Part shown: in pieces, positions 27,101 to 40,500 of the stretch
How positions within the stretch are numbered: position 1 is the stretch's first letter
Layout: every line of letters starts with the position of its first letter
Origin: Tubiluchus corallicola
Taxonomy: Eukaryota; Animalia; Priapulida
Length of the DNA stretch: 64,000 nt
Reading direction: 5' to 3'
Assembly (NCBI GenBank): GCA_030141605.1
Contig: JAQGDQ010000024.1
Location: 1,074,994 to 1,138,993, forward strand
Position numbers and translations under genes: made by a program
The notes under the pieces: generated by a model
The model's database searches: none
Told to the model about the DNA's origin: nothing
Seen by the model: only the letters and a program-made list of their open reading frames with translations

Positions 27101-30100
27101 TATACAGTATAAAAGCCTGGTATGGTATAAATATAATTACATATCATTTATTTATTACTTACACACACTTATTAAACAAAATATTGCTTGCCGTTTTCTA
27201 AATAATTCATTACAATTTTTAGTATGTTAAGCTGGACATCAAAAACAAACATGAGCTGTAGACTACCTACAGTACTAGGCTAAGAATTTTTTTATGTACC
27301 TTAGCCATGTATCTTTCGATTTGTTGGGATTTATATAGACAATATTTTCTAATGAAAGTGAAAACCGTGTTCCCTGAACGTCAGAAATGTACAGGTTTGT
27401 CTTCATATTGTCGTGATTCACACAAGCAAACACTTGGTCCTCCGATGCATCGGGAATGTAATAATCCTTGAAAGAAAACGAGAAATGAAATACAAGGACC
27501 CTGCTTATAAAAAAGTAACTATTTTACAAACATTATGAATTTTTTTTATCATTAATGCAATAGGCATATTCAGTACCAATACAAAAGCACAACCATAGAT
27601 ATTAGCATCTAGCAAGTATAGTAAAAGTTTTATAGTTTTGTGCTAAACTGTTTACCCAGTACATACCAATTCTTCTAAGCCTCCAGGAAATAATGCGCGA
27701 CGAAACGCACCCCGATCATAAGAAACCCACAACTGAAGAGTCTCATTTTTTGCACCATATAACTTCTGCAAAAAAAAACGAATAAACATGCTCCTGATGT
27801 GCTTTATGTTTTTCTAAAATTACATGAAGACCTTAAAGACAACGATAGTCTATCAACACATCCTTGTTATTAGTGGCCACGTTAACTTGTTCAGTATTTT
27901 ATGTTGAATTTTATCACTGCTGCTAAGTACATGATTTTGTGATGCCACATCACTAATACTGAATGTACATGGGCTCCAAAGAAATTGCATGGACACAGTT
28001 ATCTCATACAAACTGAATACTTTGTTTCTAAACAAAGGTAACAAACCAAAACAAAAATAACAGGCATAAGTACAATAGATTCTTCTCTACTTTTGTGACA
28101 ATAAGCAAAATGATTTAAATCCTTTCAAACAGCTTACAATTTTTATTGTATAGGATCCATTCCCGATCCTAAAAACACTTTTATTTTTTTGTTTTTTTAC
28201 ACATTTGGTAAGCGGCAAACTAAAATACAACACTCGAAGGCAAGGGCTACTTATTGATGACTACTGACAGCAAAAGCAGGACTAGAATATGGCTCACTAT
28301 AATGGCTATTCTCTATGATGAGACACTGAACCAGCAGAAGCACCTTAGCCAAGTCCCTCTCTAAGGCAAGTCAGGATGATGAACAAAACCTCCCACAGCA
28401 TGTACAGAGAACCTGACGGGTACACACTCCCTTCACTGATGGTTTGCTTAACTTCTATAACTAAGCACACAACATGGCTTTCAACTGTTCACCTCATCGC
28501 ATTATTACTATCATTATTTTATTATTGCAGTTTTATTTCTAGATAATCTTATCCAACAATGCATCCATGTGCACTTATTAAGTTTATAAAGTTAGTTTGG
28601 TCAATTTCTTTATTATATAGTATACATAAACATTGCAGTAAATCACTACATTAGCTATTTTGGATTTCTCTAGCAAGAAACCAAATCATATACACGTATA
28701 TGAGTCAAGCATGTAATATAACACTTGTAAGCATCCAAATGGTTCCTGAATAAACAATTAAGCATTAATTTTTTTCGAACGACCACAAACATTTATTCAC
28801 TGCAACAGTGTGTACACTGTAAAAATACTCGTGTTTATCTTGGAAGCGAACATGCCCAAGACTTAATGCACATGCCCATGCCCACCAACTTAATCAATCA
28901 AGTAAAATAACTATAGTAATGAATGCCCCAGAATAATCTACAGAAATAACACCGAAAAATGTGTTTGAAATTCTCTTCACCTACGACATTGCACTGCTGA
29001 CTGATCTTACTTTCATAAATAAATTTCAACGAAACAAATAAACCTAGTTACGGACACTTAGTATTACAATGCAATTTCCTCTTTATTTGTTTTTTAGAAA
29101 AAATTTAGTAAAGGCTGACGAAGGCATTAGTATTCAAAACCGCATATAAAATTAGCCAAGCAAACAGCACTCAGTAGGCTATTCAACTAACATACACAAA
29201 GTTATTAACCAGTTAAGTACACAGTCTTAAACAAATTTACACACAAAGTGTTTAGATAGACTTTGTAAACAGAGAACAGGAAGCCGGAATAGTACCAGTA
29301 AAATCAAACACAACGTTCAGAAAGTGGACGTCGCAAAAGTTATGGTCATCTGGCACAATCAAAATACATGTACTGAATATAACAACAATAGTGAACTGAA
29401 ACTTAGGATTACCAAAACGAAAAACACATATGACTATCATTAATTTTTACCAGCATCTAGAGAAAATACGTGAAAATTTAGTAAAATTAGTACGATACCC
29501 AGACTAATCAGTTCAACTTCTTTGGATATAGTTTTAAGACTACATTTGTTTAAAACATATTGGTAACATAGCTTAATCAATACTAACGGCAATAAGCAAG
29601 ACATTTGAAAGAAACAGTATAAACAGACTATTGCAACACTGTATGTAGATGTGAAAGCTTACCGCTTTTTTTGTAGCAAACATGTACTTATCACGAACTT
29701 CGAAGTCCACAACATTTTCCATCAGTATTGCTCGATCTTCGACGAAAAAATCTTCCGATCTAAACACAGTGGATAAACCAGAGGGATCTACTCTTTCCAC
29801 AAAGATTGTGTCTGTACTATCATATGGAGATATTCCCCTGGAAACAAGAAACACTCATTTTGAAAGCACTTCAAACCATATGCAACATTTAGTTCTTCTG
29901 CGTATTGCAGTACTTAAATTTCAGCAAGCTGCACCTGTAAATATCATAGTTACCAGTATAAATATCATGGTTACCATCATATTGTTTACCAGCAATACAC
30001 ATCTTGATAAAGAATTACAGTCACCAAGATAACAAAAACCACAACTCACCAGAAGAAAGACTTAACGCCATACTGTAAAACCTTCCAAGTGGCGCCAAAA

Positions 30101-33100
30101 TTTCGACTTATCCATAACTGCAACAAAAACGCAATAACAGACTATAAAAAACAAAACACATTTATCATGATTTAAAAATCAAAAGAATGCATTAATGTCA
30201 ACAGTTAAATGTAGTAAATTGAAAAATCATTTCATTTTAAAGTGAGTAAACGGAAAACTTACTTTAAATGCTTTAACATGCTTTAACTAATCATCATTAA
30301 CGTTATGGCAAAAAGGCGATTAAAGCACAAATTTATGCTAAGTCTTTTACTGAGCAAGTGCCACCTACCCTTTTAAGAGCATCATCTTCGTCAGTTCCTA
30401 ATATGATGGCAGAGTTCTCGGAATGCATGGAAACGTCTGTTGGTTTGAATGGACAATCAAACATCTCAAATGAATGACCGTAGTCGTCTGTAGTAATTGT
30501 TTTGTTGTGCAATATATCAGTAAATACATACTGAAAAAATACAGCAGTTTGTAGTAAATAAAAAAGATTAATTTTAATAGTATTATAGCTAAACATTAAC
30601 AGCTACAACTTACTAGCAGTTAATTTGCAGAAAAGTTACAGAATTACAGATCATAAACTAGAAATAACAGCAACATGATGTCAATCATTTTTAACCTACA
30701 TCCAGTTACACAGATATTTTAAAAGCAGTGTGCCCTGAGGCCAAAATCTCTATACACAAATATTTAGCAATTTGGTAAGAGGATCAGTCAAAAATATAAA
30801 AGGCACAAACTAAAGTGAATAAAGGGTGGTACCAATTTGTTTAAATGTTTGCAAGTTTGGCCGATACTAACAAAACTAATTCTAATTTCATCATGTAAAA
30901 TGTCCTAAACTGCATAGAAATGAAAATTTTGGATAATAAATTTAATTTTTAAGACAAAATAGCCTGGAGGGAGATTAGCACAATAAACAATTTTATAGCC
31001 TATATGACTGTATATATTCTGTTTGACGTCATGTGTGTAGAAACTTATGTTGGTCAATATCCAGAGATGAACACAATCAAATGCAAATCTAGCCAGTTAA
31101 AGTCGCGAATCTCTTACAATGTGGGGTAACAGAAAACAATGATGCAATTATCTAAAGAGAATAACTAGGAATAATTTTATGTAACAGAAATATTATCACG
31201 TGTACAAAATACCACACATGCATTCATATGCAAAAGCACATTAATAACAAGTATTTACTTACATGGCTATTAAAAACTGGGCTATTATAAAAGTAGTTAA
31301 TCACAGTATTTGGCATGAAACGATTCTGCTTTTCCACAAATGTTGCTCCGTAATCATAAGAGAAGAAAACTTGACTAGTGGATTTGTTAGTTGGTGTAAT
31401 GTCCCTAGCTAAGGCAACAATAACATCACTTCCTTCTCCAGCCCAATGTGTTATCAACTGGTGATGGGTATCATTTAACTGTGTCTGAAAATAAAAAAAA
31501 GGTCATTCTGCAAAACTATAAACAAAGAAAATTATCACATTAAATGTAATTTCATAACACTACTACTTGGTTAAAGTATTTATCAGACAATCCTATGCTG
31601 CATGAAGTATAATCATATAGTCAATCAGCTTTCAATACACTTTCTTTTCACAGGTTATACTACTTAAAATTACATACTGCACAGCTGTTTCCCACAGTAA
31701 AAGTGCTAAAATATTACTGAGTTTATAAAGGAAAGTTATAGGACTTCAGGGACGTTAGGCTTATTTCATTGCTTGCAAAAAACATTAGAAGGATTTAGTA
31801 ATAAAAATGTGATAAACTTCATGTAAGTAGTAATAAGATCATGTTAAAGTTTCAACAATTTCATGCTAGGACACTCCCACTTTGAATGCTTATTCTTCCA
31901 CCAATGATGTCGTTTATTGGTAACGAAAGGCACCACACTGTCAAATTCCGTCAAAAGCAAAATTTAAGTTTTTACAAAAAATTTTCTGATATTTTTGCAG
32001 GAACATTAGGTAAGCTGCAATAATTTTAAGCAGTGAATGCACGCTTATGAAAAACCAATATGTGCTTATGAAAAGCCATGAAGTCCGCCGGTTATATCAA
32101 AATTTTTATGAGAATGGCAGATACCACAGTTCCTGAAAATTTTCGTGCAGCAGTAGTATAGATTAACTGCATGTAATATAGATAATTTTTGCAAGGTTCT
32201 TTGTTATGTGTAAACAATAACAGGGAAATAAACCCAAAATGCTAAGTAACTTGTCCTTTCTATTTGGCTCAGCAATGCAGCAGCTAAATAAAATGAATAC
32301 ACAAAATTAAAGAAGATCTTACTATAAATCGCAAAAGCAAATCTAAAGTTTTTAGCAAACTCATTCAAACGTAAACTTGGATGCAACATGTGGACAAACT
32401 TAGTGGGGATGCTAGGGTAGGGTAACCAGTATACTCAGCTGAATAGTCAAATGCCAAAAATATATCAAACTTTAATTTTATTTAATACTAAGTTTAAAGT
32501 ATTTTAATACTTTTATTTAAAAATGACACTACTGCACCTGTACCATCATGTAAAATAAAGCATGCATTATAATAAAAATAAGGTGTCATGCAGAGGCAGA
32601 CCCAAGACAATTATAGAACCAACTAGGATTGAGGCAGTTGTGGGGTGGGGGTGGGACCAGGGGAAGAAGGTAGGTTGCAGCAAAAGAGCCGCAGAGCTGT
32701 ACAAAGATTTGAAAAGACTTGTAAAGTGTCAATTTTATTAGAATTTATACCACCTACATGTAGTGAATACACACCGAGCACACACAGAATTGTGATTTAA
32801 AGCTGTGATGTTTAGCAAGATAGTGCTAGGTACTGTTCCTCAAAATTTCTTAGAACTATATTAAGAAGGGAGCCTCTGATTTTGTTTGGCTTACTGTTTC
32901 TATCACTTGGCTAGGGCACAACTTGAAGACAATAAATCTGCAAAATATCTCAGTCACTGAGCACTTCTTACACCTGATGTTGCATAACTAATAAATGAAG
33001 TATTTTTGAGTGTCATAAAGTAACTAAACCGTGAAGTTTTTAAGATATTAGCATATGACTTGTACTGGTTGGCAACTAGGTGGCAAGGCCAGTTGCCATG

Positions 33101-34250
33101 GTCGAAGAGTACTTGAAGCCAATCACAAATCAGTAAATCAGCTTTTAAGTTGGAACTGTATAGTGCAATTTTAGTACTGTCGATCGATAAAGCTTGAAAG
33201 GCTTGCTGTGATGATACATAAATCAAAATCTTATCTTCGTGGTAGCAGGCCTATTTATAGAAAGAGATTGCCACAATAACAATTATACAGATATGATACA
33301 ATTGCAACTGGACATTCTGGCAAGCTTTTGAATACGATGCAGTTCATAGGGACAAATTGTAGTGTATGCAGGTGCGCAGAAAAAATATTACGTCAAATAA
33401 TAATTAGGTTGATACTTTGATAAATATTAGAATGTGGAATGATTTTGTCGCTTTTACTAATAAAGAGATGCATTTAAACTTTTTTTTATCAAAATTTTGA
33501 GAAAAGATAATTTAAGCAAATATTTGGGTCGATCTGCCAGAAGTATCCTGCAGACTACGTCCATCAATCCGCAAAGTCTTTCCAACCCTGGTCTCATGCA
33601 TAACTATGTATTATAACAGATTTTGCTAATTATTAGTCAGTGGCATATATAGAGTAAATCACTATTAAATAGATTTTTTGCGACATTACTTCCTGTTGTC
33701 AGTTGTGTACACATAACAATAAATTAACCTGTTCTTCAGTCTTCACATCAAAAGGTAAAATAGTGTTAGATTGTATTTATCCCTACCCCTCTTCTTAACA
33801 TTTAAACTAAATATCTTTATTACCACTTTCCCAATTTGTTTATATATATATATACTTGTTTACAATGTTACTAAAACACGTTTTGCCAATTAAAAACACA
33901 AATTTAAGCTGGAGAATGATATTGATCCTGGTTCTCGTCAAAAGTAAAAAGCAACAACAATATACCGTCGTAATCTCCGGACTGTGTTCGTTATCTGGAA
34001 GGGATCGCTTAGTTCTAATTTGTCCGGTATGCAGTACGAGATTTTCAACTTCAGAGTTTGATCTAATTCCATTAGCAATTATTTGTCGCATTCCTTTCCC
34101 CAAACGCTCTTCTTCAGTTAATGGTGGAAAGTGAAGCGTTGTTGGCTTTAGGCCATGTCTAATTGCGCCTAACTGTCTTACGAATAAAGATAACAAACAA
34201 AAATAAAACACCAAAACAAACACATGTTTCTGTTTCCACAACATCGCCAT
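6117..34250 (-). CDS. SORL1: Sortilin-related receptor (SORL1/sorLA/LR11), 35 coding exons traced, 3' end not found in window
   Basis: Phase-consistent exons in transcript order: 33966-34250, 31263-31484, 30369-30530, 30050-30117, 29663-29837, 27667-27765, 27300-27466, 26886-27081, 26141-26326, 25630-25718, 24860-25038, 24533-24722, 23193-23306, 21033-21115, 20476-20648, 20071-20312, 19596-19857, 19306-19441, 18315-18451, 16615-16814, 15772-15917, 15117-15625, 14482-14629, 13741-13860, 12805-12963, 12250-12373, 11789-11976, 10765-10877, 10007-10111, 9543-9682, 8950-9059, 7989-8102, 7622-7744, 6965-7135, 6117-6220 (5739 nt = 1913 codons). The order signal peptide, RTKR furin site, VPS10, YWTD propeller, EGF, LDLa array, FN3 array is diagnostic of SORL1. 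Confidence 0.96.
7188..7240. repeat. Imperfect (GAT)n microsatellite in a SORL1 intron
   Basis: gatgaggacgatgatgatgatgttgatgatgatgataacgataatgaagatg. Confidence 0.8.
11233..11757. mobile_element. MITE (hAT-like) in a SORL1 intron
   Basis: Perfect 12-bp TIR CAGTGGCAGCTC...GAGCTGCCACTG; degenerate 8-bp flanks GATGTCAC/GATAGCAA; subterminal GCAGCACCCC motifs. Confidence 0.7.
12805..16814 (-). other. SORL1: SORL1 LDL-receptor class A (complement-type) repeat exons, 9 repeats
   Basis: Nine six-cysteine modules ending in DxSDE/GEDE across exons 20-25. Confidence 0.9.
13277..13842. repeat. Direct tandem duplication, 2 x 283 bp, containing the 3' part and donor of SORL1 exon 24
   Basis: 13277-13559 and 13560-13842 align with about 5 substitutions by eye; the ORF track shows the duplicated peptide [11 protein letters not shown]...DGSDEMFC twice. 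Confidence 0.95.
18315..20648 (-). other. SORL1: SORL1 YWTD propeller plus EGF-encoding exons
   Basis: VYWTD, LYWVE, MYWTDW, LYWTD, LYWNDW repeats followed by [18 protein letters not shown]. Confidence 0.92.
22002..22386. mobile_element. hAT-type MITE with internal ~30-bp tandem repeats
   Basis: TIR CAGAGCTAGATTA / TAATCTGGCCCTG (11/13); 8-bp TSD ATTATGAA/ATTATGAT; internal repeats of TTATTTGAGATAAAGGG-like units at about 22125-22245. Confidence 0.8.
22816..23177. mobile_element. hAT-type MITE next to the SORL1 exon 13 donor
   Basis: TIR TAGGGGTGAGCAT / ATGCTCATCCCTA (12/13); 8-bp TSD CAAATAAC/CAAATAGC; subterminal ATTCGA repeats. Confidence 0.82.
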
Positions 34251-36685
34251 ATTTACAACCTAACAACACTTGTACCAAAAATCTGGGGCAGAAAACTAGT
34301 GCGCAGAGATGCAAATCGAGACGGTGCAAATTACAAGCAAAATTAGCAAATATATTTTTGCACATCTCACTCAATTGGTTACTACCAATTCAAGCAAAGA
34401 GAAAAGTAAACAATGAAGTGCTACTGTTTATTATAATTAATTTGTAATCATGTTTGTAATGCGTATGTGCAAATCCGTTTACCTGACAAGTTGATTATAT
34501 TCATCCGCACTCCTCAGATGGCATGATATATAAGCAAGTGAATTTACAGAATTATAAGATTAAATTAAAGAAATGAATGTTTACAAGCTGAAGTTTAGGT
34601 TAAAATGCAGCGAATCATCTGTATAATGTTGATTGTTAAAAAGCTGCGTAATTTTAAAGTAACCCGAATATCTGAATTCATTAAACAAGATAATTATAAT
34701 AATAGAGTAGGCCTATAGCAAAGAATAGGGACCACACGTTTTCCTACACTTTGCCTATAGTTTGAGATTTATTTATTACACTTAAAAGCATAAAATGCAC
34801 TTTGGTGTTAAAATAAAAAAATTAAAATTTGAAAAATCACATACACGATATTAACATAATTATACCGAAGCATTTACGAAATCACTATATACAATGTACA
34901 ATCACATATGAATGCAAATTTACAATAAGTCATAATTATTGTACAATAATTAATTAACTGCACAGATTAGATCTCCTTTGTAAGACAAAGGTAATCCCAA
35001 ATACTGTCACAGACATTTTACAAGGCAGCAGTGTGTGAAAGCAGCCTCCGAAGCTTATAATCATACGTAATATGTAATACTATTATATAAAATGCGGTAC
35101 TGTTTGCTTGCTATGGTATGCAGACCTCTAGTGGGCATATCATCCCTGCATGCAAATGCTGTCTAGGCTTTGGTCCTTGGATGGTCTTAGTGGCTTAGAA
35201 TTAGATCATAGTGACAATATCTTTGCGGTTTGTACTAAACGTTATACATGTATTAGGCTATCAGTCACCCAATATGAGCCTACCTATCTTCTATTAAAAG
35301 TTTTATGGCCATAGTGGCTTTATGTAATAATATCCACCCACCATAATTTTACTTCTAGTACCATTATCCCAAGTAAAATACCGGTGCTCAACAGGTAAGT
35401 TGGCTACAAGTCTACATAGCGAAATTTGAATCAGGAGGCCTACAAGTTGCATACATTTAATTAAATAGGCCTTCTATATAAATAACTAACTAAATTATCC
35501 AATTTGTGGGTGTACATGTTTGGTTAATCCATGGCTGTTAATTTCGTTAGGGATGTTAATATAGATGTTCAACGTTGATAAGCCCAAAATAATGAACGTA
35601 ACGTCTTTTGTTAAACAACGACTAACCAACACTTTATCACCTGTGAATTGAAGTTTGCGTTAAAAAATCAGCAGCTGTTTTTGTATTGTTTGTAAGTGAC
35701 ACCTACATCGTAAATGATATTTTTCTGCACTCTACATGCAAAATGTATATGGCCGCGTAAACCTAACAGAAACACAATATAAGTAGACTTATATACGTCT
35801 TAATTAAGATTTTCTTCTGTTTTTATCCCTGTGGGATGTAAGCACAGTTAAGTGTAATATACAAATATTTATTTTTTTAATATTTTATTATTTGTATGCT
35901 ACTATGTTCGTCTCTTGCAAAACAAACAAACGAAGTTTTGCAAGAGTTAAAGCAAACACAATAATGTAAAGTAGATCGAGAGAAATCATATTATATAATA
36001 TACATGGGCCTAATTATTCGTTCGAGTTTTTATAGTGAACACCTTGTGGTTCTTTTGATAAATTTATGGAATGAAACTTATCAGTTATAAACTACAATGC
36101 ATTCACACTCACGCACGCTCGCACTGTCACGTATGTAAACAACACGCACGCATGCACGTACGTAATACAAATATATTAAAAACTGAGAGTTATTCTTCAT
36201 CTGATGCATGGTTTCGGAAGGCTACTCAAGCAAATCCATCATGTGGCTGAGCTGCATCCTAGGCGACTTGCAAAATTGCCACAAGCAAAGCAATAGGATT
36301 TCTAGTCGCCAAGCCTTTGTTATGTAGTCCCCTCGTAGTGTTATCAGAGTTCAATTTCCTCCGTAAAATGTAGTTAGCAAGATCATCGTTTTTTAAGCAT
36401 TTTATATCGTGAGCGTTTGTCGTTGAGAACAATGCACGAAGCTTGCAGCTTTTCGAAGGTAAGTTGTTTTATCGTAAATGTAAACTTAGAAAAATAATTA
36501 TTCTAGCCTATATTATGTACTACATCTATAAGTAGCTGTTAGTATAGTATTAATTCATTTGTATCATGATAACAGGCATGAAGGCCTATAGTCATTAGTC
36601 AGTGTGAATACTAATGCTAATCGCGTCTTAAGGTATTCAAACTTATGTGAGGGAGAAGAAGGCAAAAGAAAGAAAAAGAAAAAGG

Positions 36686-36687
<2 letters not shown>

Positions 36688-36747
<60 letters not shown>

Positions 36748-36780
36748 AGAGAGAAGAGAAAGAGACGAGAGACGTGAGAG
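36688..36780. repeat. (GA)n microsatellite with poly-G and purine-rich tail
   Basis: About 25 perfect GA units followed by a G run and degenerate GA. Confidence 0.95.
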
Positions 36781-37150
36781 TCATCTACGAACAAAATGTA
36801 CTTGCAGAATAAATAAAAAACTGCCTTAATTATTTATAGACATCGAAAAGAGCGGTAGTAATATCTCAGCTACACCAGCGCGCATTAAATTTTTGAGTTA
36901 TCGCTGAAAACCGCATTCAAACAACTAGTTAATTACCATTATCATTTATCAGTTTAGTAATTAATTTTTCTAATTTAAGTAGTTTCTGTTAATTATGGTC
37001 CTAATAATTATTATTAGGGCATGGAGGCGCAAAGGCATTCACAGAACAGTGAACAACAATTATTACGAGCGAAGTTTTATTTCAAATCGTGAAATTAATG
37101 ACGTTATAAGTTTACTGAACTATCTCAATATGTACTAGAACCGCTATCAC

Positions 37151-37511
37151 CAGGGCCGCACTGTGATCTCTTGGGCCCCTAGGCTAATGAAATTATAGTG
37201 CCCCCTCAGACAGAGCCATCCTGTACGTGATATATTTTAGCGACATTTACATAGCTTGAAGTAAACTTATTTCGAAGTCCTTAAATAAACTAGAATATTT
37301 ATGTTTTGCTTCTCAATAAAAATATTCTTTACGAAATACCACTATTTTACTATTTTATTGCAAACCAAATTAGCACACACTTTAATACAACCGTAGTTAA
37401 GAAACAGATTTTTTACCAAATGTTACCAAAGCTTAAGCCCCCCCCCCCAAGCTTGTTGAGCTCTAAATATAGGCTGTAGCCTATGCTATCTAATAGGATA
37501 ATCCAGCCCAG
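37151..37511. mobile_element. hAT-type MITE, same family as 22002-22386, opposite orientation
   Basis: Ends CAGGGCCG.../...TAATCCAGCCCAG; flanks GCTATCAC/GCTATCGT; shares TAGGCT-CAGCCTA, CAAGCTTG and GGGCCCCTAGGCTAAT motifs with the 22002 copy. Confidence 0.7.
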
Positions 37512-40500
37512 GCTATCGTACGGAATCATATGCCCACAGTCCTAAGATTCATGGAATACCTCGAAGACAGTCACAGAATGACGCCAGAAAATTAGACACT
37601 GCATTTTTTTCTCTATTAGCAGTTAACACATTACTTTTATATAACTTTTTGATTGAAACTGACAGGAAACCTGTATAGCAGGCCTATTGTCGCAACAATA
37701 AAGGTGAATTACCTTTTTACTCTGCGCGTAAAATTCTAACTCTAAAAGTTTCCACCAAGGAAGGTACGTGTTTGTGATGCTAATCGACGAGTTTCTCCAA
37801 CGAACAAAGAGAGAAGCAGAAAATATACGATTGTAACTTGTTAATACTGTACATAACATAATAGAAAAAAGCCTTTGAGCTTGGTGCGCTTGCAAGCACT
37901 TCGATGATTTAGTAACTCATAACTGATTTATGACATTCTGTTACTAATTTTCCTAAGACACACAACATAATTGATGTTCCTGACACAACATCAATTAAAT
38001 AAGAAAACGGTGCTGTGTTATGCCGCCTTACCCTGAGCACTTAAAGTGACCTCTGAACGCCCTTTTTTGGATTCTCCTGTGACAGATTTGGTATATTACA
38101 ATTATATATTACATAATAGCTGTGATACTGTACTACATTCATTCTTGTTATGGTGTCAAAACATTGACTACCGATAATAATAATCATGTCATCCAAATTT
38201 TGTAACGTTTTATTTGTGCTTTTTTCCAGAGCCTTATCCATTAGTAAACGAAACTGATAAACTGTTGCGCACTGCCACTAAAATTTTACGTTCGTATGCA
38301 TATAATAAGACCGGTCTTTTAGTGACCTTTAACTTTCAGGGTCGACCATGACCTGGGACGACTACATTCTCTTGGTGTTCAAAATCAAATGGCGTATGAA
38401 ATAACAAAGTGGGTGATCTTGATTTTCGATAATCTGCGACATGCTGCAAAGATTAGTGCGTGCCTTCTTTCTGAAGGTATTAGTGTCCACGCAAGCTCAT
38501 CCATAACAGTGCCAAATTGCTTAATTAAATAAATTTAAAAGTGCTGAAGTTTGGCTTTGGTTAATCAAATTTACAACACCAATATAGAACAATTGCCGAT
38601 TAATTATTATTAGACGCCTTCTGGCAGTTGATGCTTTTATGTCCTGAGATATATGGTAAATCAAGTTCGGTTTCTGAATCTGTCCTTTAACCCGCACTCC
38701 TCCCTCAGCCCTCTCCCAACTCGGTGTCAATGCGGCCAGACGCTCTGTTCTAACATCATTGAGATAAATGTAAAGATAAATTAATAAAAGATAAATATAT
38801 TAGATTCAATAGATTTTAAAAATGTTTGGGCAAAAGTGAATTTGTTCAGAAATAGTTTGTGAAGAATAAAAAAATTCACAAGAGTAAAAAGTGCAAACCT
38901 GGTGTCAATTTGCGTGGTCAATCAAACAAACATGTCCCGAAGGGTCAAACAGGTTTGTGTATGTGTGTGTGTGTGTGTTATGCATAGTACATGCCCAACT
39001 CACCGTGCAAATAAGCGTCTGTGAAAATTTTAGACTGCCTAAGGTTAAGAAAAAACAAACACGAGTACTAATGTAATCGTGATTTGCAGCTTAGTGAGTG
39101 ACAGCTTAGTTTAGTGGATTCCGTTCACAGAGAAATATCAGTTCTTCAACATTATTTTTCTCATCTGTTTGACTGCAGAGATCTATTCAAGTAGTTTTGC
39201 AATAATGCAATCAGTTATTTTTTGATCGATTACCCGCATTACACAGGATTCATAATACATAGCCAACAATCGTTATTATAGGTCACTAGTTGTCACTGTA
39301 CATGGTCGTGTATTCTCACTATAAATAATGTACAGAACATACATTAATCATTGCTTCTCGCCTCCCCTCTACTACCCCTTTTATTGTAAAATTTTTTATA
39401 CCACGCATGGAATAGGCTAAAGTGGCCGAGCGGTATAATAGTACTTATATATATATATATAGTCATGTAATTCTACATTGCATAAATTTTATTTAATTTA
39501 AAGTTATAATTAAATTAGTAGGACCTACAGTATTTTGTTCACAAAACTAGGTCTACTTCCTGATATTACAACTTTTCAATAACAAGAGATAACTTGCTTT
39601 TATTCACCAAAAGTTGTCCAGGAACTGCCATTTAACAATCAAATGCGATTCAGCAACAAAATGCTAGCACGAAAATATAATTGCGTATAAATAAGGAAAA
39701 GTGTTAGTCAGATTATTCCGATAAATTGTTATTTTGTTTGATGGAACGGGTTTGAATACAATGTGTCAGAAATGGAGAGTCCAGACTACAGCATAGATAA
39801 CACGCTTAAAGTGATCTATTGAACAACCAAAAGCCGTAATTATCTTACTAAAAAACTAAGCTTGTGCGAAGATTAGTGTTATTTTAATACATTAAAGAAC
39901 GGCTTAGTCGATCAAATGCTCCCTTCGTTTTTGTTTAGTAACTCCAGTTCCGTAACACGAACGCGGAATCTAGGTAAAACGGCACAGGTGATAATGGCAA
40001 GGTAAATATGGCACAGGAAAAGGGAGCTCAAGTGAAAAAAAACAGGAAAAATCGTTTAAAAGCGGCGCAGCTCTAGCCCCAACACTCTGTTTGGAAGACA
40101 GTTAGAACTCACCAAAAAAGAAGCTCAGTAATAACCTATTATTTAGTGAAACATTATTTTCTATTTTGTGCCCTTTGTCTGTCAAATTTATCTTGCAATT
40201 ATTAGAGCCTACATGTGTCAATGCAATTTTTATTGTACATCAATATAGCTACTGAAACATGCTGTCAATTAATACACCTTGCTAGTATGTATTTGCTGTA
40301 CTTGTAAGAAGATGTTCTCTTAACCTTGTCATAAATTTGCCTCACTGAACATTTTCAAGAACGTTGATAAGTATAATAATCAAGACCTTACAAGTCTGAC
40401 TCTGAAAACTGGGCGTAACGCGTTGTACGATGTTACTGCAGTCGTGACAATCTGGAGGAACAAACAGTTTAGTCTCCGTAACTTGAACTAACTTCACTCG

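Larger units (their letters stand above)
21033..31484 (-). other. SORL1: SORL1 VPS10 beta-propeller and 10CC-encoding exons
   Basis: [10 protein letters not shown], Asp-box motifs ([32 protein letters not shown]), GDHGGII, CLLGR...CYNGRDY...[20 protein letters not shown]. Confidence 0.92.

Noticed and set aside
36564-36829. RE-repeat and SL-repeat ORFs
   Set aside because: Translations of the (GA)n microsatellite.
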